64,000 nt of DNA from Eledone cirrhosa (GCA_964016885.1 OZ024740.1:186001-250000); one strand, 5' to 3'. Shown: positions 24,574 through 38,397, numbered from the stretch's first letter. Numbers and translations: made by a program. The notes: generated by a model not told the origin, from the letters alone.

Positions 24574-26150
24574 ACTAGCATGGGTTAGACAGGTTGTCCT
24601 GGGACAGCAAGGTGGGTGGACAGAATGGAGAAGGACCCCAGAGGATGGTGAAGGAAACTAGCATGGGTTAGACAGGTTGTCCTGTGACAGCCAGGTGGGT
24701 GGACAGAATGGAGAAGGACCCCAGAGGATGGTGAGGGAAACTAGCATGGGTTAGACAGGTTGTCCTGTGACAGCCAGGTGGGTGGACAGAATGGAGAAGG
24801 ACCCCAGAGGATGGTGAGGGAAACTAGCATGGGTTAGACAGGTTGTCCTGTGACAGCCAGGTGTGGGAACAGAATGGAGAAGGACCCCAGAGGATGGTGA
24901 GGGAAACTAGCATGGGTTAGATGGGTTGTCCTGGGACAGCAAGGTGGGTGGACAGAATGGAGAAGGACCCCAGAGGATGGTGAGGGAAACTAGCATGGGT
25001 TAGATGGGTTGTCCTGGGACAGCAAGGTGGGTGGACAGAATGGAGAAGGACCCCAGAGGATGGTGAGGGAAACTAGCATGGGTTAGATGGGTTGTCCTGG
25101 GACAGCAAGGTGGGAGGACACGATGGAGAAGGACCCCAGAGGATGGTGAGGGAAACTAGCATGGGTTAGACAGGTTGTCCTATGACAGCCAGGTGGGTGG
25201 ACAGAATGGAGAAGGACCCCAGAGGATAGTGAGGGAAACTAGCATGGGTTAGATGGGTTGTCCTGGGACAGCAAGGTGGGTGGACAGAATGGAGAAGGAC
25301 CCCAGAGGATGGTGAAGGGAACTAGCATGGGTTAGACAGGTTGTCCTGTGACAGCCAGGTGGGTGGACAGAATGGAGAAGGACCCCAGAGGATGGTGAGG
25401 GAAACTAGCATGGGTTAGACAAGTTGTCCTGTGACAGCCAGGTGGGTGGACAGAATGGAGAAGGACTCCAGAGGATGGTGAGGGAAACTAGCATGGGTTA
25501 GACAGGTTGTCCTATGACAGCCAGGTGGGTGGACAGAATGGAGAAGGACCCCAGAGGATGGTGAGGGAAACTAGCATGGGTTAGACAGGTTGTCCTGTGA
25601 CAGCCAGGTGGGAGGACACGGCGGAGAAGGACCCCAGAGGATGGTGAGGGAACTAGCATGGGTTAGACAGGTTGTCCTGTGACAGCCAGGTGGGAGGACA
25701 CAATGGAGAAGGACCCCAGAGGATGGTGAGGGAAAGTAGCATGGGTTAGATGGGTTGTCCTGTGACAGCCAGGTGGGAGGACACGATGGAGAAGGACCCC
25801 AGAGGATGGTGAGGGAAAGTAGCATGGGTTAGACAGGTTGTCCTGTGACAGCCAGGTGGGTGGACAGAATGGAGAAGGACCCCAGAGGATGGTGAGGGAA
25901 ACTAGCATGGGTTAGACAGGTTGTCCTGTGACAGCCAGGTGGGAGGACACGATGGAGAAAGACCCCAGAGGATGGTGAGGGAAACTAGCATGGGTTAGAT
26001 GGGTTGTCCTGTGACAGCCAGGTGGGAGGACACGATGGAGAAGGACCCCAGAGGATGGTGAGGGAAAGTAGCATGGGTTAGATGGGTTGTCCTGTGACAG
26101 CCAGGTGGGTGGACAGAATGGAGAAGGACCCCAGAGGATGGTGAGGGAAA
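24574..26150. repeat. 83-bp minisatellite, ~19 units
   Basis: Unit actagcatgggttagacaggttgtcctgtgacagccaggtgggtggacagaatggagaaggaccccagaggatggtgagggaa; starts at 24574, 24657, 24740. Confidence 0.97.
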
Positions 26151-26249
26151 CATATTGGAAGAACCAATCCAGCTCACGATGTTCACACCTGCAGGTAACG
26201 AGGCCACTATGTTAGCTTAAGCTACTTAGGAGCAATGGGTCAACCACCA

Positions 26250-26555
26250 AAGGTGGTGGTGGTGGTGGTTCTGGTGGTGGTGTTATTGGCAGGGGTGATA
26301 GTGGTGGCGGTGGTGTTAGTGGCATTGGCAGTGGCAGGGTGGTTGTTGTGGAGGTGGTGGTAGTTGTGGAGGTGGTGGTAGTTGTGGAGGTGGTGGTGGT
26401 AGTGTTAGTGGCAGGGGTGGTAGTTGTGGAGGTGGTGGTGGTAGTGTTAGTGGCAGTGGTAGGGGTGGTAGTTGTGGAGGTGGTGGTAGTGTCAGTAAGG
26501 TAGGGGTTAGCAGTAGTGTCAGTAAAGTGGGTGTGGTGGTAGTAGTAGTGGTGTT
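26250..26555. repeat. (GGT)n-rich low-complexity tract
   Basis: Direct reading. Confidence 0.85.
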
Positions 26556-26895
26556 AAACTGAGTGTTAGGTCAGCCACACATGTATAGATTTTAATTCTC
26601 AAACATTCTGGGACTTCTTTCAAATATCCTACCCCACCTCAATTTCCAGATTCAAATTACAAATTAGTAAAACAGACAAGATTTCATAAATTTATATTTA
26701 AATATAAATTATATATATATATTTTTTTTTATTAATTAAACATTTTTTTTATCACTTCAAATTAATTCAAATTTAATTTTGAGTTTTGTTGTATTTCAAT
26801 TTCAAATTTAATTTCAGAGTAAATTTTATATTTTCTTCAAATTTAATAATTTACTTCTTGCAGAGTAAATTGAGAAAGACAAAGGATTTGTTGAT

Positions 26896-27296
26896 GATGT
26901 GTGTGATGTGTGTGATGTATGTGTGTGATGTATGTGTGTGGTGTATGTGTGTGGTGTATGTGTGTGGTGTATGTGTGTGGTGTATGTGTGTGTGTGTGTG
27001 TGTGATGTATGTGTGTGTGTGTGTGTGTGATGTATGTGTGTGTGATGTATGTGTGTGTGCAGATGCAGTGTATGAATGCAAGTACAGTGTATGTATGCTT
27101 GTGTGGTCTGTGTGTGGTGCGTGTGTGTGTGCTTGTGTGGTGTGTGTGCTTGTGTGGTGTGTGTTTGTGCGGTAAGTGTGTGTGCTTGTGCGGTAAGTTT
27201 GTGTGTGCTTGTGCGGTGTGTGTGTGCTTGTGTGGTGTGTGTGCTAAGTGTGTGTGCTTGTGTGGTGTGTGTGTGTGCTTGTGTGGTGTGTGTGTA
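26896..27296. repeat. Compound (TG)n microsatellite
   Basis: Direct reading. Confidence 0.9.
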
Positions 27297-27539
27297 TATT
27301 CATGTGTACTTTGATAGTTTAAAAATCTCCTCACAAGACTAGGGAAACTGAAGAGAAAGATGTTGAAAGGACAACTATGTAAACCAGGAATTACAAAACA
27401 ACATGTGGGTCACATGAGATGCTCCATGTTCCTTTGTGAAGCAGTGTTTATGCCCCATGCCAACCATTTTAGTTGCCTCTTACAACAAAAGGGGATGGTA
27501 TCACCATCAACATTTAACATGTTCCTTTCACATCCTCAG

Positions 27540-27800
27540 TGAATCTCAATATTCTGAGATTAACTCTCACCATTTCTACCCAGGTATTTCTTGCTCTCAA
27601 TATTCTAAGATCAACTCTCACCACTTCTACCCAGGTATTTCTTGGTCTTCCTTGTCCACAACTTCCTTCCACTGGAAAGTCTTGCTACTTCTTCAGTCAA
27701 CAATCATCATCCATATGTATCACACATCTATACCAATGCAATCCTGTCTCCTGCTCATTGCATCTCATTCCTAGCTCATTCATGCTTCACAGTTTATGCT
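27540..27800 (-). mobile_element. Old RTE 3' coding fragment
   Basis: Reverse complement resembles the RLxWYxxV...GRPRNTW region; short internal tandem duplication. Confidence 0.6.
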
Positions 27801-27844
27801 CACTAACTTTAATATTAAGTATTAAAAAATGTACAATAACAATA

Positions 27845-28037
27845 AATGGCTGAAAAGTTCATAGACTGAATATGAAGGAGTGATGTTGGACCTGTGAAAT
27901 CTTGCATGCATTAATTCCAACACTTATTAATAACTATATTGTTTCTTCCCAGGGATTATGTTGAAAAATAGACCTCATTTGGTCATTCCATGAGAGTATC
28001 TTAATCAGCCTATGAACTGTTTAGTCAATCCTCATAT
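27845..28037. mobile_element. Degenerate mariner-type MITE
   Basis: Imperfect inverted ends ggctgaaaagttcatagactga / tcagcctatgaactgtttagtc. Confidence 0.5.
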
Positions 28038-28041
28038 TTAT

Positions 28042-28683
28042 GTATGTAGCTATATAACTGATACAGGGTGTACACGGAATGTGTGTAGCCATATAACTGA
28101 TACAGGGTGAACATGGCATGTATGTAGCCATATAACTGATACAGGGTGTACATGGCATGTATGTAGCCATATAACTGATACAGGGTGTACATAGCATGTA
28201 TGTAGCAATATACATGCTATAATGGAGGCACATGGCTTAGTGGTTAGAGCATTGGCCTTGCAATCGAAAGGTTGTGAGTTCAATTCTCAGACCGGGTGAT
28301 GTGTTGTTTCCTTGAGCAAGACACTTTATTTCACATTGCTCCAGTTTACTCAGCTGTAGAAATGAGATGATAGGGACTGGGGTCCATATCATTCCACTGT
28401 AAAGTGGTCGTGGAGATGCCATGGCAAAAAAGCACCCAGCACTCACTTTAAATAAGGTTGGTGTTAGGAAGGGCATCCAGCTGTAGAAATCAAGCCAGAA
28501 TCAATTCCCGTCCCACCCTTGCAAGCAGGGAAAAGCGGATGTAAAATGATGATGATGATGATGATGATGATAACTGATACAGGGTGTACATGGCATGTAT
28601 GTAGCCATATAACTGATACAGGGTGTACATAGCATGTACGTAGCCATATAACTGATACAGGATGTACATAGCATGTATGTAGC
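28042..28683. repeat. 39-bp minisatellite (~4 + ~3 units) split by a SINE
   Basis: Unit gtagccatataactgatacagggtgtacatggcatgtat on both sides of 28224..28570. Confidence 0.9.
28224..28570 (+). mobile_element. Full-length tRNA-derived CORE-SINE with RTE-B 3' tail
   Basis: A box tggcttagtgg, B box gagttcaattc; CORE-like ccttgagcaagacactt...cagtttactcagctgtagaaatg; tail cgtcccacccttgcaagcagggaaaagcgga(t)gtaaa(ATG)n nearly identical to the RTE-B end. Confidence 0.9.
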
Positions 28684-28787
28684 CTCTTGTCTCTCTTTAG
28701 TTGGAAGATTTATATTAAAACTGAATTTGTTATTGGCATTCATATATCTTAAGTATGCCTTGAATTTTTGTTGAAAACATCATACAA

Positions 28788-28965
28788 ATCATCATCACCG
28801 TTTAACGTCCATTTTCCATGCTTGCATGGGTTAGACAGGTTGTCCACGTCTTGAGACAAGTCTGGGCAGATTGGCTGCACTGTACCTTGCTCAGATGGAA
28901 CTAATTTGGCAGGGACTTTTACAGCTGGATGCCCTTCCTAACACCAACCATGTTTACAGTGTGGA
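28788..28965 (-). mobile_element. SINE/RTE 3' portion
   Basis: (CAT)n, ccatgcttgcatgg hairpin, acagctggatgcccttcctaacaccaacc. Confidence 0.75.
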
Positions 28966-30334
28966 ACAAATATACATATACATACATATATATATACATA
29001 CCCCGGATGAGCCCACAGCAAGGCACGAGGGAAACCTAAGGGCAGCAGCAACAAACTCCCTCTTGCACCAGTGGCCAACCAATACAGGCTGGAGATAAAA
29101 TGTGTAGCAACAAGGGCGGTACCCCAGCATGGCCTCAGCCGGATGGCTGGAACAGGTAAAAGAGTAAATATGCACACACACACACACACATGCATATTAC
29201 CAATGACAAACAGACAGGTATTGCTTTATCTCTCTCCATAATATAGATATATAGTTACAGTTTGTTTACAAAATAAAGAAGTTAAGGGTTTAAGTCATTT
29301 AATAACTGACAACTGTTCTACCCAGGTTATGGAACATATAGCAAATCATTTTATTTAACTATATAACAGCTATGTATGATCCTATCATTACACTGAGTTA
29401 ATAAACACAGAGTAAATGAGAAAAATTTACTCTCATTAATATTAGTTATATATATGGAGTGTGCAGTGCTGAGACAGAGGAGACCACTAATGATGTGAGT
29501 ACTCAATATATATACCTGTGTAAAAGTATCAGGAACTAGAAATATATGAATGATAACCAAGTTAAGAAGAGGGATGGAAGTCGTTGAGCAAAATTAATCT
29601 GACTTTTCTTCTCTTTTTTGATAACAAGATAAAGGAAGAAGGACAGAAAGAAAGAGACTAAGAAAAAAGGAAGAAAAAAGGAAAGAAAGGCATAAAAAGT
29701 GTGAGATATATGTAGGTATAGGTGAAGTAAGAAGATATGTGGTGGATATTGCGCATGTGTCTACAACTGGTTGGTGTGAGAAGGAAGAGAGGTGGAATGA
29801 GGGTTGCAATTGTAGTGTTTCAGTAAAGTGTTTGCTGAGATGAGGGAAATGTAAGAGAACATCTTGTAACCAGATGTATATCAATGGGGGAAATGAGATG
29901 AACAATCTCTATGTGGTTGTTTAAGATATTAGAAACAGTAGCTAAATCTATATCATAATGTAGTCTCAGATGCAGAGTATATCTAGAACTACACAAAAAG
30001 AGATTCCTCATCACCATCATCCATTGGCGAATTTGTCAAACCGAACATGGAAATCCCACCTTCCCAAACTCAGTAAATCAAACAGGACAGCAACAGCTAC
30101 CAACTGGAGAAGACAGATATTACCAAGCTGTTGCTGTCGTATTACCTAGCTTCTAATAATCAATATCATTGTTTGTAACAGATAGCTATCCTCTTCTTCC
30201 ACTCATTGTAACTTTCGTAATCGGTTGTAATCCTATAGTTATTGATTAACCCTGATCATTGATGGGATCTCAAGTCAGAACTCAGGACACAAAGTGCCAG
30301 AACATATACTGCAAAGTATCTCCTCCAATGCTAT

Positions 30335-30430
30335 GGACTGGTACTATATTTTATTGCCTCCTAAATGGATGAAAGGCAAAGTTGACCTTAGTGGGATTTG
30401 AACTCAGAGTGCAGAGAGACAGAATACATA
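30335..30430 (-). mobile_element. Meta-domain SINE fragment
   Basis: ctggtact...ggatgaaaggcaaagttgacct...gggatttgaactcag. Confidence 0.65.
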
Positions 30431-30469
30431 TCACAAAGTATTCTGTCGATCATCGAAGAATAACTTAAT

Positions 30470-30695
30470 GCAGGGCGGTGGATTCGCAGTATCGGTAGAG
30501 GGTCGGACGCCATGCTTTGACGCATATAGTTACAGCCCTTGCCATTCTGAGTTCAAATCCCACCGAGGTTAACTTTGCCTTTCATCCTTACCGGGGTCGA
30601 TAAAATAAAGTACCAACAACACACAGGGGTCAATTTAATCAACTTTCTCTTCTCCCAAAATTGTTGGCTTTGAGCTTAATATATAATCATCATTA
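30470..30695 (+). mobile_element. tRNA-derived SINE with Meta-like central domain
   Basis: B box gagttcaaatcc then aactttgcctttcatcctt..ggggtcgataaaataaagtacca, similar to the Meta-domain consensus as recalled. Confidence 0.7.
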
Positions 30696-31819
30696 TGATA
30701 CACAGACACACACACACATATGAAAAACAAGATGACCGACCCCTATCCCTTTACTCCTATACATCTTTGCATCCAGTGTGTATGTGCCCTGATCCACTCA
30801 TACCTAACTCCCTCAACCAACATTCTTTACTACCTATTCTCACTATAAACCCCTCTCAGATCACATTCAGCCTTATTTCCTCCTCACACAACTCTTGCCA
30901 TAAACCCATGACATACTTTATACAACCTTTTCTATATTACATCACCCTTAAAACCCCACAAATTATTGATATATACCCATGACATAATATTATCCTTCTT
31001 AGCCTATTTTCATCCCTTAAACATGTGATTTGTTACATGTCATCATCCCCTTTTCCACGGGGTAGAGAAGGCTGTTCAGTCAAGTCAATTAATAAAACAC
31101 CTCCGTACCTCTGGTGTGACAATGCACCTCATACACTCTGAAGTGGTTGGCATTAGGAAGGATATCCAATTGTATAAAGCATGCCAAAAAAAGGGGTTGA
31201 GGGGAGGGGCAAAGGGTGCGTGCATGCGTTATAGAATCTTGAGTTGATCAATTGCGTCGGTTGAAGCAAGCAGAATTTTGGCTGCTTACTAAAACAGACA
31301 CAAAAAAATATAAAACACACACACACAAACACATGACAGCTTTGGGGCAAGCAGAATTTTGACTGCTTACTAAACCGTAGATACATAAAAAGATACACAC
31401 ACACACTAGATAACACTACATGTGGCTTTGACCGGGAGTGTCACTTAGAGGGAATGGGGGGGGGGGGGGGGGGGATAAGGCGCCACAGCCCCACTTTCCG
31501 CCATGGCGATTGGACTGCATGCCCTGCTTTCCAGGTTACCCTTGGACACTGGTTGAGGAGACTCTTCAAATGTGTCAGGAGCCTAAAACTTCCCTGGTGC
31601 TGCTGCCATGATAAACTGCACCCAGTACACTCTGTAAAGTGGTTGGTGTTAGGAAATGCATCTAGCCATAGAAAACTTGTCAAACAAAGGTTAACAGTAC
31701 CCTTAAGTTGTGTCAGGGCATAATAACCTCCTTAGTGTTGGGGGCATGATAAAATTCTCCCAGTAAACCCTAAAGTGTAGGAATATATGTAAGCAAGGTG
31801 CAAAGCCCTAGTCTATCAG

Positions 31820-32002
31820 CAAAAAGCTCCCAGCACACACTGTAAATGTAGTTGGCATTAGGAAGGGCAACCAGCCATAGAAATCAAGCCAGAAACAGTC
31901 CTATATGAGCAAGATACGGTCATCTGACCCAACTTGTCTCTAATGGGACAAACGCGCCTAACCCATGCTAGCATGGAAAATAGACAACGACAATGATGAT
32001 GA

Positions 32003-32006
<4 letters not shown>
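31820..32006 (+). mobile_element. SINE/RTE 3' portion ending (ATG)n-(TA)n
   Basis: gttggcattaggaagggcaaccagcc, ccatgctagcatgg; similar fragments at ~31110-31190 and 31590-31690. Confidence 0.75.
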
Positions 32007-32045
<39 letters not shown>

Positions 32046-32313
32046 AAGTTATATTTAAAATTGTTGGGTTACAACTAGTGAACTGCTAGAGTGAACCTCT
32101 TCAAATGAAGTTGATGTTTATTACGGTATGTCGAATATATTTATCTATAAAACTGTTTATATTGTATTTTGTCTGATGAAGGCATAGCATATTGTTAATA
32201 TGATATCCCCGAAATATATATAATGAAATAAATATGGTTTTATAAATATAGTTTTCCATTTATTTAATATTGTATATATATATATATATATATATATAAA
32301 TTTATAAATATAT

Positions 32314-33133
32314 AAAAATGAAAGGCAGGCTGTATGATGCCTGCATACGAACATCAATGTTACATGGCAGTGAGACCTGGGCATTGTGTGCAGAGGATAT
32401 ACGCAGACTGGAGAGGAACGAAGCTTTCATGCTCCGCTGGATGTGTAATAGTAATATACGTGAACGGCAAAGCATAAACGAACTAAGGGAAAAATTAGAA
32501 ATAAGAGGGATCAGATGTTGTTTACTCGAGAGAAGACTACGTTGGTATGGTCACGGGATGCGCATGAAAGACGACAGCTGTATAAAAAAGTGCAGAGCGA
32601 TAAAAATAGACAGTAGCCTCGGAGTAGGCAGACCCAGAAAAACCTGGGACGACTTGATAAATTCCGACCTCACACACTTACACCTCTCCAAGACAATGTC
32701 ACTGGACCGAGATCTTTGGCGCTACACTGTAATACAGAAGACCCGCCTTACCTAAGTACAAAGTGAAACCTACTACAGTCAGTAGGCACCTCTAACAAAA
32801 TACACCCCCGTCCCACTACCCCCATCCCATCCACACCACCCCTTTCAATGTAAAGTTATGTTGGTACCACAACATCCAGTCCGAAACAAATTAGGTCGTG
32901 TAGGTGTCACGACAAAAAAACACAGTCCACGTTGTAATGTGGCCGTGTAGGTAACACGGTAAAAACCTCCCAGTTCACACTGTAAATGTGGTTGGTGTTA
33001 GGAAGGTCATCCAGCCGTAGAAAACCCGCCAGACAGTCCTGTGCGAGCAAGACAACCACTCTTGACTCAAGTGGGAAAAATCGCGTCCAAATCCATGCAA
33101 GCGTGGAAGATGGACGTTAAACAATGATGATGA
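32314..33133 (+). mobile_element. RTE family C 3' fragment flanked by (TA)n
   Basis: ORF 32318..32755 nearly identical to the C-terminus of 42761..45655; 3' UTR and (ATG)n tail. Confidence 0.92.
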
Positions 33134-33704
<571 letters not shown>

Positions 33705-34193
33705 CTGCGTACGAAAGGCCAGTTGTATGATGCCTGTGTGAGGAGCGCGATGCTGCATGGTAGTGAGACATGGGCAGCAACCGCAGAGGATATGCGACGG
33801 CTGGAGAGAAATGAGGCAAGCATGCTCCGTTGGATGTGCAGTGTAAATGTGCGTGAACGACCCAGCATAAATGTGTTGAGAGAGAAACTGTGTCTGAGAG
33901 GGATAGAATGTAGTGTACGGGAGAGGAGACTGAGGTGGTATGGACATGTGATGCGCATGGAGGATGACCGATGGGTGAAGAAGTGCCAGGAAATGCCAGT
34001 TGAAGGAAGACGTGGTAGAGGTAGACCACGAAAAACATGGGCGGAGGTGGTGAGAACAGACCACAGATCACTGAAGCTCACGGTGGAGATGACGGGGGAC
34101 CGTGACGAGTGGAGAGATGCTGTGGTGAATAAGACCCATCCCACCCTTGCAAGCAGGTAAAAGCGGACGTAAAATGATGATGATGATGATGAT
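33705..34193 (+). mobile_element. RTE family B 3' fragment
   Basis: ORF 33669..34160 matches the C-terminus of 38453..40132; (ATG)n tail. Confidence 0.92.
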
Positions 34194-34207
34194 ATATATA
34201 TATAAAT

Positions 34208-37200
34208 ATCATCATCATCACCGTTTTACGTCCGTTCTTCCGTACTAGCATGGGTTAGACGGGTTATCCTGTTGTGGGCAGTGTCTGGTCGGCTGACCAT
34301 GCCTTGCTCATACAGGAACTGATCTGGCTTGATTTCTACAGCTGGATGCCCTTCCTAACACCAACCTCATTTACAGTGAGTGCTGGGTGCTTTTTCGTGG
34401 CGCCTACACGTCCACTTTACAGTGAGGGCTGGGTTCTTTTTTGCCGTGGCACCTCCACGACCACCTTGCGGTGGGTGGTGTGGGGGCATATTGCCTATAT
34501 GCTTCAGCTTGTACCCATGGGAGGTCGGATACTGTATTACTGCGTGACGCCAGAAGTCACGTTCGTGTGTCATTGTCTTTGAGAGGTGTAATTGGGTAAG
34601 GTCGGCTTTTATCACCTCATCCCAGGTCATCTTGGGTCTCCCCACTCCGCGGTTTCCATCAACTTCTAGTGCTCTGCACCTTTTTATGCAGCTGTCATGC
34701 TTCATACGCATCACATGTCCATACCAGCGCAACCGCCTCTCCTGCACACAGCGTTTGATTCCTCTTATGCTCAGTCTCTCTCTCAATTCATTTATGTTTT
34801 GTCGTTCACGTATATTACTGTTACACATCCATCGGAGCATGCAGGCTTCGTTTCTCTCTAATCTACGTAAGTCTTCCACCTTCAGCGCCCAGGTTTCACT
34901 ACCATGCAACATTGCTGTTCGGATACACGCATCATACAGTCTGCCTTTCATTCTGAGGGAGAAGCCTTTTGCAGCGAGCAGTGGTAGTAGTTCCCTAAAC
35001 TTCTTCCATCCCATTCTTACCCTAGTTATTGAACTTTCTGAACACCCACCTCTGCTGCTAATTCGGTCACCTAGGTAGCAGAAGCTGTCTACTATTTCTA
35101 CAGAGCCCTCCCAGAGATGGGTGGTACTTGTCTCCTGTGGCTGTTTGCTGCTTGCTGTCTCAGCACAGCTGCTGCATGTGAAGCCTACATTCTTAATTAA
35201 GCTTCCTGAGATCCCGCTACATCTCTTGTGTAACCATTGTTTGCATTTGGGGCAGAGAATGGAGTTCCTAACTACACCTTTCCTACATACTGAGCAAGGC
35301 CATTTCCCTGAGGGGATCTGGGTTCTGTTTTCTCGTCTACTTACAAGGACCTTAGTCTTTGTCATGTTGACTTTGAGACCCTTTCTTTCTAGTCCCTGCT
35401 TCCAAGTTCAGAATTTATTCTCTAGTTCTATCATAGATTCAGCTATGAGTGCGAGGTCATCAGCATACAGGAGTTCCCATGGGCATCCGGTCTTAAACTC
35501 CTCTGTTATTGCCTGCAGGACTATGATGAACAGGAGGGGGCTAAGAACAGAGCCCTGGTGGACCCCAACCTGTACGCTAAATTCCTCGCTATACTCATTG
35601 ATAATCCTAACTTTGCTGACTGCTCCCCTATACATGGCTTGTACCGCTTTCACAAGCCATTCATCTACTCCTAGTTTTCTAAGAGCCCACCAGATTACAG
35701 CACGTGGAACTCTGTCAAAGGCTTTCTCAATGTCGACAAATGCCAAGTAGAGTGGCTTACTTTTAGATAGGTACTTTTCCTGTAATTGCCTCACAAGGAA
35801 GAGGGCATCAGTGGTGCCTCTTCCTGGTACAAACCCAAATTGCATCTCGTCTATTTTCACCCGGTCCCTAATCAACTGTGCTATAACTCTTTCTGTTACT
35901 TTCATCGCCTGGTCCATCAACTTTATACCTCTATAGTTTCCTCTATCTAGTGCATCGCCTTTACCTTTGTAGCAGTTGACAATGATGCTACTGCACCAAT
36001 CTTTTGGTATGACACCTTCTAGTATTACCTGGTTAACAATACGTGTGGTTATAGTGTTACCTACAGACCCAGATGCCTTCAGCATCTCGGCAGCTATGCC
36101 CGATGGACCGGTTGCCTTACCCATCTTCATATCTTTGATTGCCTTACTTACTACGCTGCTACTGACTTATACTGCTGGCCCCTCTATAGGGTCTACTTGG
36201 GGTAGGGTCTCTTCTTCCCATGCATTCTCCTCATTTAGTAATCTATCATAATGACTCTTCCATGCATCTTTCTTCTCAGCACTTCTGAGGGCAAGCTCAC
36301 CTTTATCATTCCGGATACACTTCTCTCCAATGACATCACAACTCTCTCTGACACACTGCCTCACAATCCTAAACACCTCCTCTTTCTTGTCCTCACGTTG
36401 CAAAACATGCTTGAATTTTCTATCCTCTGCTTCCCTCCTAGCTAAGTATACTTGTCGCCTAGCTTCCCTCTTGGTGTCTATGTAATGTACCCTGCTCCCC
36501 CCGTTCTTCCATTCTTTCCATGCCTGTCTCTTGGTCTTAACTGCTTCATCTACCTTATTGTTCCACCACCAAGTCACTCTCCTCCTGCTTGTGGTCTTAC
36601 TCCAGCCACAGACCTCATCCGTCGCCTCTAGTAAATTATTTTTTAGGAACTCCCAGTTCTCTTCTACATTAAATATCTATATCTGTTCTTCTCTACTGTC
36701 ATAGGCGTTGAGTAAAATATCTTTAAAAATGTTACTGGTTGAGGGGACTTTCAGCTTCCAGATCTTTCTTCTCCAGGTTGGCCTCTGTTTCCAGGTTCGT
36801 CTAGTTCTGACCGTGAGGTCGCTGACAACTAAGCTATGTTGGGATGTACATTCCTCACTAGGGAAGGCTTTTGTGTTTACGACCGTCCATCTGTGACATC
36901 CTCTGATGAGGAGAAAATCTATCTGACTGGAGTGCTCCCCTGATCGATAGGTGATCAGGTGGTTGTCGGGTTTTTTAAAGTTTGTGTTACATATCGACAT
37001 GTCATTGGCGTCGCAGAATTCTAGAAGTCTGAATCCTTCCTCATTTCTTGTGCCAACCCCATGGCCTCCATGGACTCTATTGAAGCCATCACAGTGTTTA
37101 CCTACGTGTCCGTTAAAATCTCATGCGATGATTAGGAAGTCATTGTCGTCTGTTAGATAAGTAGTGTGCATTAGGGACTCGTAAAACCTATCCTTAAGTT

Positions 37201-38311
37201 CGTCTGGCAGCCCCGATTGAGATGCGGAAGCTGATATTATTGTGGTAATTGTTTTATTCAGGACTAGTCTGAGTTTAATGATTCTTGCATTTACCCTGTA
37301 CACTGAGATTACTTTATCTACCCACATGTCAGCTAGTAGTATACCTACACCACCCATCCCATCGTCATTTCCCACCCAGAAAAATTTGTAGCACCGACTT
37401 TTTGCTACAAGGACTCTGGCAGACTCTTCTCCATCTAGTCTCTTGCACACAGCATACATCAATTTCCTTTCGCTCTAGCATTTCTCCGATTTCTCCTGTT
37501 CTTCCTTTCATTGAGCCTACATTGATGGTACCAACTCGGAGTTTTGGGCATTTGTCGATACTCGTAGGGAAGGGTCTCTGGGTTGGCGCTTCACGTGGGT
37601 GCTTCGTAGCTCGCAGATTCATATTTCATCTATTGATTCAGAGTTGCTCAAATTTATTCTCAGCTCATCCATCCATAACGGTGGGAAAATTGAGGGCTAG
37701 AAGAACAGTGGTGGTGGGATAATGGCAGTGTGTGTTGGGCTGCGACAGGGGAGGAGAGAGTTAGTTAGGTAGTAGTAGTAGTAGCAGTAGCAGCAGTAGA
37801 AATGGCATGCTGAGGTTTGATTGGTTGAATAGGCAATGGTGGTGGGAGGGAAATTGTGAGGTAGGCACTGAGGGTCGCCGTCAAGGCTAACAAACTTAAA
37901 TAACCGATAGATTAGAATACCGCATGGTAAATATCCGAAATAATACAGCAAAAACAGCAATAATATTAATAATAATAGCGTCATAAGAGCTAAGATACCT
38001 TCGAAAATTTGTATGGATGGGTGGCTGGAACGAATCCAAATCAACTCTAGTGATACATTTTAGCAGATAAGGATAAAGTGTCTTATCTCTTCAATAGCTT
38101 CAAGATGAGTGAGGTGGAATGGGGGGCGAAAGGGAGGTAATGGGTGGCTTAGAGATAGATAGAGATAGGGTAGCTATCATAGAGAGAGATATAGAGAGGG
38201 GGGGGGGGGCACTGAGGGTCGCCGTCAAGGCTAACAAACTTAAATAACCGATAGATTAGAATACCGCGAGGTAAATATCCGAAATAATACAGCAAAAACA
38301 GCAATAATATT
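34208..38311 (-). mobile_element. RTE family A, probably full length, frameshifted
   Basis: ORF pieces 37622-37365 (RVGTINVGS, CVQETRW), 37462-37121, 37000-36677, 36577-36167, 36130-35408 (YADD), 35365-34367 (PHD + thumb). The assignment of 37690-38311 as 5' UTR is inferred. Confidence 0.88.
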
Positions 38312-38363
38312 ATATATATATATATATATAAATAAATACATATATATATATAAATATATATAC

Positions 38364-38396
<33 letters not shown>

Positions 38397-38397
38397 A

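Noticed and set aside
28224-28296. tRNA gene
   Set aside because: A/B boxes are present but acceptor and anticodon stems pair poorly and it is fused to a SINE body in several copies
29001-29045. Hammerhead-like cggatga-gcc..ggc..gaaac
   Set aside because: Core is non-canonical, GAAA is not adjacent to stem II and there is no NUH site; it precedes a LINE/SINE-type 3' tail
38209-38311. HDV-like ribozyme at the RTE-A 5' end (acctcgcggt on minus)
   Set aside because: Could not build P1/P1.1/P2/P4, and the second repeat copy lacks the motif
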